Of a DNA stretch of 39,470 nucleotides, positions 34,688 through 39,470 are shown in pieces. The position numbers were made by a program, and so were the translations under genes. The notes under the pieces were generated by a model. It was not told the DNA's origin. It ran no database searches and worked only from the letters and a program-made list of their open reading frames with translations. Position 1 is the first letter of the stretch. Each line of letters begins with the position of its first letter. The stretch comes from Myxococcales bacterium. GTDB lineage: Bacteria; Myxococcota_A; Polyangia; Polyangiales; JADJMO01. The stretch spans positions 1 through 39,470 of the forward strand of contig JAJXTK010000001.1 of NCBI GenBank assembly GCA_021783935.1. Direction: 5' to 3'.

Positions 34688-35740
34688 TCACGGCGCGAGC
34701 CCCGCCGCGGTCGCGCTTGCTTCGATGTAGTCGTGCGCGACGGGCCGCCCTACGAAATCGGAGTAGTCGAGCGCGACGTCCGCCGCGGCCGGATCGTGCG
34801 GGAGCGTGGTCACCACGGTCATGTGGAGGCACCAGATCGCGCCGGCGAGGCAGCCGGAGCCGTTGGCCGAGACTTGGTAGTAGGCGCTCGTCGGCGCCCA
34901 GGTGGTGCCGCCGCTGCGCATGCTCGCGTCGTTCGGCGAGGCGGTGGAGACATCGGCGTCCCACGCGCCGACGAAGTAGGCCTTGCGCAGCCACGCGACG
35001 CTCGTCGAGGTCAGCCCGCCGAGCGCGCCGTCGAGGTCGAAGTAGACGGTCTTTGCTCGGGTGAGCCCCGAGGGGTCGAGCCCGCCCGAGAGCTCGCCGA
35101 GCAGCTCGTGCGCGACGTAGCTGCCGCTCGAATGGCCGACGACCAGCACGAAGTGGGTACTCGCCGACACGCTCGCGAGCAACGCGGCAGCGATCTTGGA
35201 ATTGCCAATCTCCTTGCCGGAGTACTGGATGTCTGCCGGCCCTTGCACGGCCCAGAGCCAGCGGACCCCCTTGTCGTGGAGCGTGGCGCGAAAGAGCGCC
35301 GTGGCCCACGCCTCTGCGCCGGAGAGCGTCGCGCCGTAGCCGGCGTAGATGATCGCCGCGTTCGAGCCGATCGGGTTCTGCGTGTCCTTGGCGGCGACGC
35401 CGTAGCCGACGCTCACGCCCGTCGACCACGGGATCGTGTCGACGTCGGGCTCGCTCGAATCGCTCCCGCTCGCGTCGGCCGCGTCGGCCGCGTCGGTCGC
35501 GTCGCCCACGGCGGTCGCGTCGCTCGTGTTGCTCGCGTCGGCGGCGTCGCTCGCGGCGGCCTCTTCGCCTGTGTCGCCTGCCTCGCCCACGCCCACCTCC
35601 GCGACGCCGAGCGGCGCGTCGGTCGCGGCGTTCGCGCCGTCGGCGGCTGCGTCGGCGGGCTCGCTCGAGCTTCCGCCTCCGCACGAGGCGACGCCGACCG
35701 AGGCTGCGGCGAGGAGCGCGGCGAGGGGGGAGAATCGCAC
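34688..35740 (-). CDS. lipoprotein, probable serine hydrolase (lipase/esterase-like)
   Basis: GTG 35740 gives RFSPLAALLAAASVGVASCGG (lipobox); the track start at 35776 is a TTG. An acidic Ala/Asp linker precedes the catalytic-looking VVGHSSGSYVAHEL (GHSxG). Confidence 0.65.
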   Translation of the reverse strand: MRFSPLAALLAAASVGVASCGGGSSSEPADAAADGANAATDAPLGVAEVGVGEAGDTGEEAAASDAADASNTSDATAVGDATDAADAADASGSDSSEPDVDTIPWSTGVSVGYGVAAKDTQNPIGSNAAIIYAGYGATLSGAEAWATALFRATLHDKGVRWLWAVQGPADIQYSGKEIGNSKIAAALLASVSASTHFVLVVGHSSGSYVAHELLGELSGGLDPSGLTRAKTVYFDLDGALGGLTSTSVAWLRKAYFVGAWDADVSTASPNDASMRSGGTTWAPTSAYYQVSANGSGCLAGAIWCLHMTVVTTLPHDPAAADVALDYSDFVGRPVAHDYIEASATAAGLAP

Positions 35741-35829
35741 CTCGAATTCGTGCACCGGCGCCGCGCGGGCGTCCAACGCGAGCGCTTTGGTCGGCGAATC
35801 CTCGCGCGCTCGACCGCATCGAAGGGGCC

Positions 35830-36234
35830 ATGCGCCGCCTGCTCGCCGCCGCCTCGCTCGCCGCCTCGCTCGCCGCCTGCGCGCCGCCCAAGAATTACAC
35901 CCCCGTCGACCAGATCCCCCAGATCACGGACCTCGAGGCGGTGATGGACGTGCAGGCGACGACGGCCGACCCGCAGTTCCGGAAGATGGATCAAGCGAGC
36001 TACTCGCCCGCGGAGCTCGCCTCGCTCGACGAGACGGCGCGGCGGATCGACGCCGCGAGCCGCCGCACCAAGGCCTTTTCGAAGGGGCCGGCGTTCGACG
36101 CGCTCGCCGATCGCCTCGGGGCGCACGCCGTCGAGCTCGGAAGGGCCGCGAACGCCGGGGACGTCGCCGGGGTGCACGCCGCGCTCGCGGCGATGAAGGC
36201 GACCTGCAAGCAGTGCCACCACGAGTTCCGGTGA
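35830..36234 (+). CDS. lipoprotein, class II (cytochrome c'-like) c-type cytochrome
   Basis: MRRLLAAASLAASLAACAPP (lipobox). A single CKQCH haem-binding motif lies 4 residues from the C-terminus, and the size is about 130 aa, as in four-helix-bundle cytochromes c'. Confidence 0.75.
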   Translation: MRRLLAAASLAASLAACAPPKNYTPVDQIPQITDLEAVMDVQATTADPQFRKMDQASYSPAELASLDETARRIDAASRRTKAFSKGPAFDALADRLGAHAVELGRAANAGDVAGVHAALAAMKATCKQCHHEFR

Positions 36235-36249
36235 GGGGCGCGCCTCGGC

Positions 36250-37461
36250 TCAGTACAGGGCGATCTCCCCCGCGAGGATCGCCCGCCGCGTCTGCTCGAT
36301 CTGCGCGAGGCCACGCTCGACGACGCGGTGCACGGCGCCCCGCTCCGCGGCGCTCGGCGCCGCGCCGGCACGAGGGGTGAGTCGCACGTGGGCGAGCGCC
36401 GGCTGATCGATGGGCGCGCCGATGCGGCTCACGAGCAGCACGTCGGCGGCCGCGATGGCGCCGCCCACCTCGACGACCTGCGCGGCGAGCGAGTGCGCGA
36501 GCACGCCGTACAGCTTGCCCACGTGCGAGACGGCGTTCTTGCCGGCCGCGGCCTCCATCGTCATCGGACGCCCCGGCGTGATGAGGCCGCCGACCCGGTT
36601 GCCGCGGCCGACCTCGCCGTCGTCGCCCGCCTCGGCCGAGGTGCCGGTGACGGTCAGATACACCTCGCCGCGGGGGAGATCGTCGGCGGCGTTCACCGAC
36701 AGCTCGACCTCGTCCAACGCGCCGTCGGCGGCCTCTCGCGCGGCGGCGCGCGCGAGCGACGAGATGAGCTCCTTCGCCTCGGCGTAGTGCGCGAGCGAGC
36801 GCAGCGAGCGACCGACCATGGCGCACGCGATCGTGAGCGAGAGCCGGCGACCCTGGCGCACGGCGAGCACCTTGAGATCTTCCCCCACGAACGCGGACTC
36901 GGGGACGCGCGCGGCGGCTCGGAGCACGCGGTCGATCGCGAGCACCACGCGCTCGGTCGGCGTGCGCGGCGCCGACCCGACGCCGATCGAGGTGTCGTTC
37001 GCGCGCGGCACCGCGGCGTGCCCTCGCCCGAAGAGCGCGCGCAGCTCGCTCGATCCAGGCCGCAGGCGCGGCCGGATGCGCACCTCGCGCGCGACGTCGA
37101 GCGCGTGCACGGAGGCGCGTAGAACGTCGGCCGCGGCCTGACGGACCAGCTCCTCGAGGGCCTCGCTCGTGTCCCCCTCCGCGAGCGACGCGCGCCCGGC
37201 GAGGTCGATCTCGATCGGCGCGAGGACCTCGCCGCCGCCGAAGGCCGCGCGCGCGCGGCCGCCCACGAGCAGCGCTTTGTCGACGTTGAAGTGGAGGATC
37301 TCGCCGTGGCGCTCGAGGTAGTGACGGGAGAGCGCGCGCGCAGCGCGCTCGGCCACCGCGTCGCAGAGCGTGTCGGGGTGACCGATCCCCTTTCGCTCGA
37401 CGACCTCGACCGCCTGCCGATCCGGCGTCGGCCCCGACCCGAGCTCGATCGTGATCTCCAT
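36250..37461 (-). CDS. archaeal-type S-adenosylmethionine synthetase (methionine adenosyltransferase, PF01941-like)
   Basis: [47 protein letters not shown] and [56 protein letters not shown]. These match, block for block, my recollection of Methanocaldococcus MAT (ERKGLGHPDSICD ... [51 protein letters not shown]). Confidence 0.9.
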   Translation of the reverse strand: [403 protein letters not shown]

Positions 37462-37500
37462 GCAGAGCCTCGCAGCAAGCGGCGCGCCTGGCCCGCCTCG

Positions 37501-38250
37501 TCAGCAGCCGGTCCCGGCCACGCACAGCGGCTCGGCTTGCCCCGCCATCGCGGCGCAGCACGTGGCCGGCTGACCGAGGATGGTCGGGCACCCGTCGCAC
37601 GGGCAGCTGGTGCAGCCGACGGCGGGGGCGACGTCTTGGCAGACGCCGGCGACGCAGACCTGCGCCCCGCCGCAGCGCGCGCCGCAGGCGCCGCAGTTGA
37701 GCGGATCGCTGCCGACGATCGTCACGCAGGCGCTCGCGTCGCCCAGCGGGCACGCGGTGCGACCGGCCACGCACTTCTTCCGGCAGGCGCTGCCGTCGCA
37801 CGCCTCCCCTGCCAGGCACGCGATGCCGCAGCCGCCGCAGTTTCGCGGGTCGGTCGCGAGGTCGACGCAGCCCTGGCCCCCGCAGCTCGTGAGGCCCGGT
37901 CGGCAGACGCACTTGGAGGCGCCGTCGCAGTACTCGTCCGCGGCGCACGACAGGCCGCACCCTCCACAGTTGCGCGCATCCGACCTCGTGTCGACGCACG
38001 CTCCCGAGCAGACGGTGGCGCCGCCCGAGCAGACGAGCGCGTCGGGCAGATCGAGCACGTCGTCGGCGTCCGAGGCCGGAGGCGCGTCGGTCGCGGCGTC
38101 GTCATAGGGGCTGACGATCGGTTGGGCGTCCGCGTCGAGGGGCCACGGCTCGCGGCTCGAGTAGCCCGCGATCGCCTCGCAGCCCGCGGCGAGGCCGCAC
38201 ACGACGAGCGAGGCGAGCCGCGTCGCTGACGTTCCCGCGCTGGCCTTCAT
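37501..38250 (-). CDS. Cys-rich repeat lipoprotein
   Basis: ATG 38250 gives MKASAGTSATRLASLVVCGLAAGC (lipobox). Three repeats of the type C-V-D-x3-D-x2-NCGGCG-x2-C follow. The upstream 375 aa of track ORF 37501..39375 is junk. Confidence 0.7.
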   Translation of the reverse strand: MKASAGTSATRLASLVVCGLAAGCEAIAGYSSREPWPLDADAQPIVSPYDDAATDAPPASDADDVLDLPDALVCSGGATVCSGACVDTRSDARNCGGCGLSCAADEYCDGASKCVCRPGLTSCGGQGCVDLATDPRNCGGCGIACLAGEACDGSACRKKCVAGRTACPLGDASACVTIVGSDPLNCGACGARCGGAQVCVAGVCQDVAPAVGCTSCPCDGCPTILGQPATCCAAMAGQAEPLCVAGTGC

Positions 38251-38252
38251 GC

Positions 38253-39266
38253 TCAGAATCTCCTCACGACGACCACGCCCGCGCCGCCGACGCCGGCGTA
38301 GGGCGTCACGATCGTCGTGCGCGCCTCGCGCGACGGCGCGAGCAGATACCAGACCACCCCGCCCCCCGCGACGGCGAGACCGATGCCGGTGAGGATCGTC
38401 GAGTTGCGCGCGAGCGACCGCCCCTCGTCGTAGCCGGCGCGATCGCAGTACTGCGCCCCGCAGACCTCCTGCCGCTTCTCGATCGCGGCCACGCCGTAGC
38501 CGAGCCCGACCCCCGTGGTGACGATCCCGACGCCCATGGTCACCAGCGCGAGCGTGCGCGGCGATGGGGTGGACGAAGCCTCGCGCGTGCGCGGCGGCGG
38601 CGGCGGCGACGCTGGGGCGACCTCCGGCGCGAGCGTGACCGTGACGGTCTCGGTCGTGCGCTCCGGCAGCGTGAAGCGCGCCACGAAGGGCTTTTGCCCC
38701 AGCGCTTGCACTTGCACGAGGTGCTCGCCGGGATCGAGATCGATCGCCGCGCCCCAGGCCTCTCGCGGCAATGGTGCGCCGTCGAGCGTGACCGCCGTGC
38801 CCGCGGGCGCGGTCACGGGCATCGTCAGCTGGAGGTGCGGCACGCGCGCCTCGAGATCGACGAGCTCGGTGCGCGCGAATTCGGCCCAGAGCTGCCGCTC
38901 GGGGCGCGGATCGAGCGGCGCACGGCGGGCGAGCTCGCGGAAGTGTCGCGCGGCGCTCGCCACGCGGCCGAGCGCCTTCTCGACGTAGGCGAGGTTGCGG
39001 AGCGCGCCGAGCGCCGCGGGGTAGAGGTCGAACGCGCGTCGAAAGGCGTCCGCTGCCTCGGCGCACACAGCCGCCTCGACCACCGGCACGACCTCGCACT
39101 TGCCGAGCTCCATCTTGCGCACGCCTTGGTCGAAGAGGTCGGTCGCCAGCGTGCGCATCCGCTCGTCGGGCTCGGCGTCCTCGGCGCGCGAGGCCGAGGG
39201 GGCGAGCGCGGGGCCGAGCAGCAGGAGCAGCCAAGCGAGGCGACGTCGGAGTGGGGCGGCTCGCAT
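38253..39266 (-). CDS. secreted/membrane-anchored hypothetical protein (TPR-like N-terminus, PEGA-like middle, C-terminal TM segments)
   Basis: Signal peptide MRAAPLRRRLAWLLLLLGPALAPSASRA. DLDPGEHLVQVQALGQKPFVARFTL is PEGA-like. A Pro-rich linker and two hydrophobic segments follow. The stop lies 2 nt before the downstream start. Confidence 0.65.
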   Translation of the reverse strand: MRAAPLRRRLAWLLLLLGPALAPSASRAEDAEPDERMRTLATDLFDQGVRKMELGKCEVVPVVEAAVCAEAADAFRRAFDLYPAALGALRNLAYVEKALGRVASAARHFRELARRAPLDPRPERQLWAEFARTELVDLEARVPHLQLTMPVTAPAGTAVTLDGAPLPREAWGAAIDLDPGEHLVQVQALGQKPFVARFTLPERTTETVTVTLAPEVAPASPPPPPRTREASSTPSPRTLALVTMGVGIVTTGVGLGYGVAAIEKRQEVCGAQYCDRAGYDEGRSLARNSTILTGIGLAVAGGGVVWYLLAPSREARTTIVTPYAGVGGAGVVVVRRF

Positions 39267-39470
39267 CAGAGCTCGTCCTTCTTCTTCCAGAGCAGGTTGG
39301 CCTGGTCGCGCACCGAGGAGGGGTGCGCGGTCGGACGCGACCTCGAAAGGGTCGCTCGAGCCACGGGCAGAGCACCGGCAGCGCCGAGCGCGCTCGCAGA
39401 CGGCGACGCGCTCGGGGCGGCCGTCGCGGTCGCGAGCGCGCGCGGCTCGGGCGGCGTCGGCGGGCTCGCC
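39266..39470 (-). CDS. 3' end of an upstream ORF (partial, function unknown)
   Basis: The minus frame ends ...HPSSVRDQANLLWKKKDEL-stop. Its TGA overlaps the next ATG as TGATG at 39264-39268. An alternative frame also has high GC3, so the frame assignment is tentative. Confidence 0.35.
   Translation of the reverse strand, partial: ASPPTPPEPRALATATAAPSASPSASALGAAGALPVARATLSRSRPTAHPSSVRDQANLLWKKKDEL

Overview
Very GC-rich bacterial chromosomal DNA (by eye above 70% GC, with wobble positions almost all G/C). Most long Arg/Ala/Pro-rich ORFs in the six-frame track are therefore antisense or out-of-frame artefacts. Gene style suggests a myxobacterium-like deltaproteobacterium (inference): many lipobox lipoproteins, Cys-rich secreted repeat proteins, an FHA/EBP-like regulator and an RRM protein. 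I support about 40 CDS, one tRNA-Gly(GCC), two near-identical copies of a 127/128-nt structured repeat 21.7 kb apart, and a perfect 12-nt tandem array.

Most of the window is housekeeping or accessory metabolism:
- S9A peptidase, GMC oxidoreductase, HAD hydrolase and SDR.
- A DEAD-box helicase / small basic protein / RRM protein run, then rubrerythrin and pcm.
- A YeiH/LysR pair, MTAP and ChrA.
- An archaeal-type SAM synthetase.

The stand-out locus is a translationally coupled five-gene operon at 20886-26566:
- an HdrB-like CCG domain fused to a TVP38/DedA-like membrane domain;
- a DUF2064 (CofC-like) transferase;
- an MftF-like GT2 transferase;
- a 76-aa membrane protein;
- an 827-aa four-domain fusion: PqqD/RRE-like, radical SAM, a SPASM scaffold that has lost its cysteines, and an ArsM-type As(III) methyltransferase retaining all four metalloid-binding cysteines.

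An MTAP gene is divergent from this operon. Thiol-redox genes, an ACR3-like permease lacking the ACR3 cysteine, and ChrA lie downstream. I interpret the operon as a candidate undescribed organo-metalloid or peptide-linked modification pathway. That interpretation is inference and needs HMM, neighbourhood and biochemical tests.
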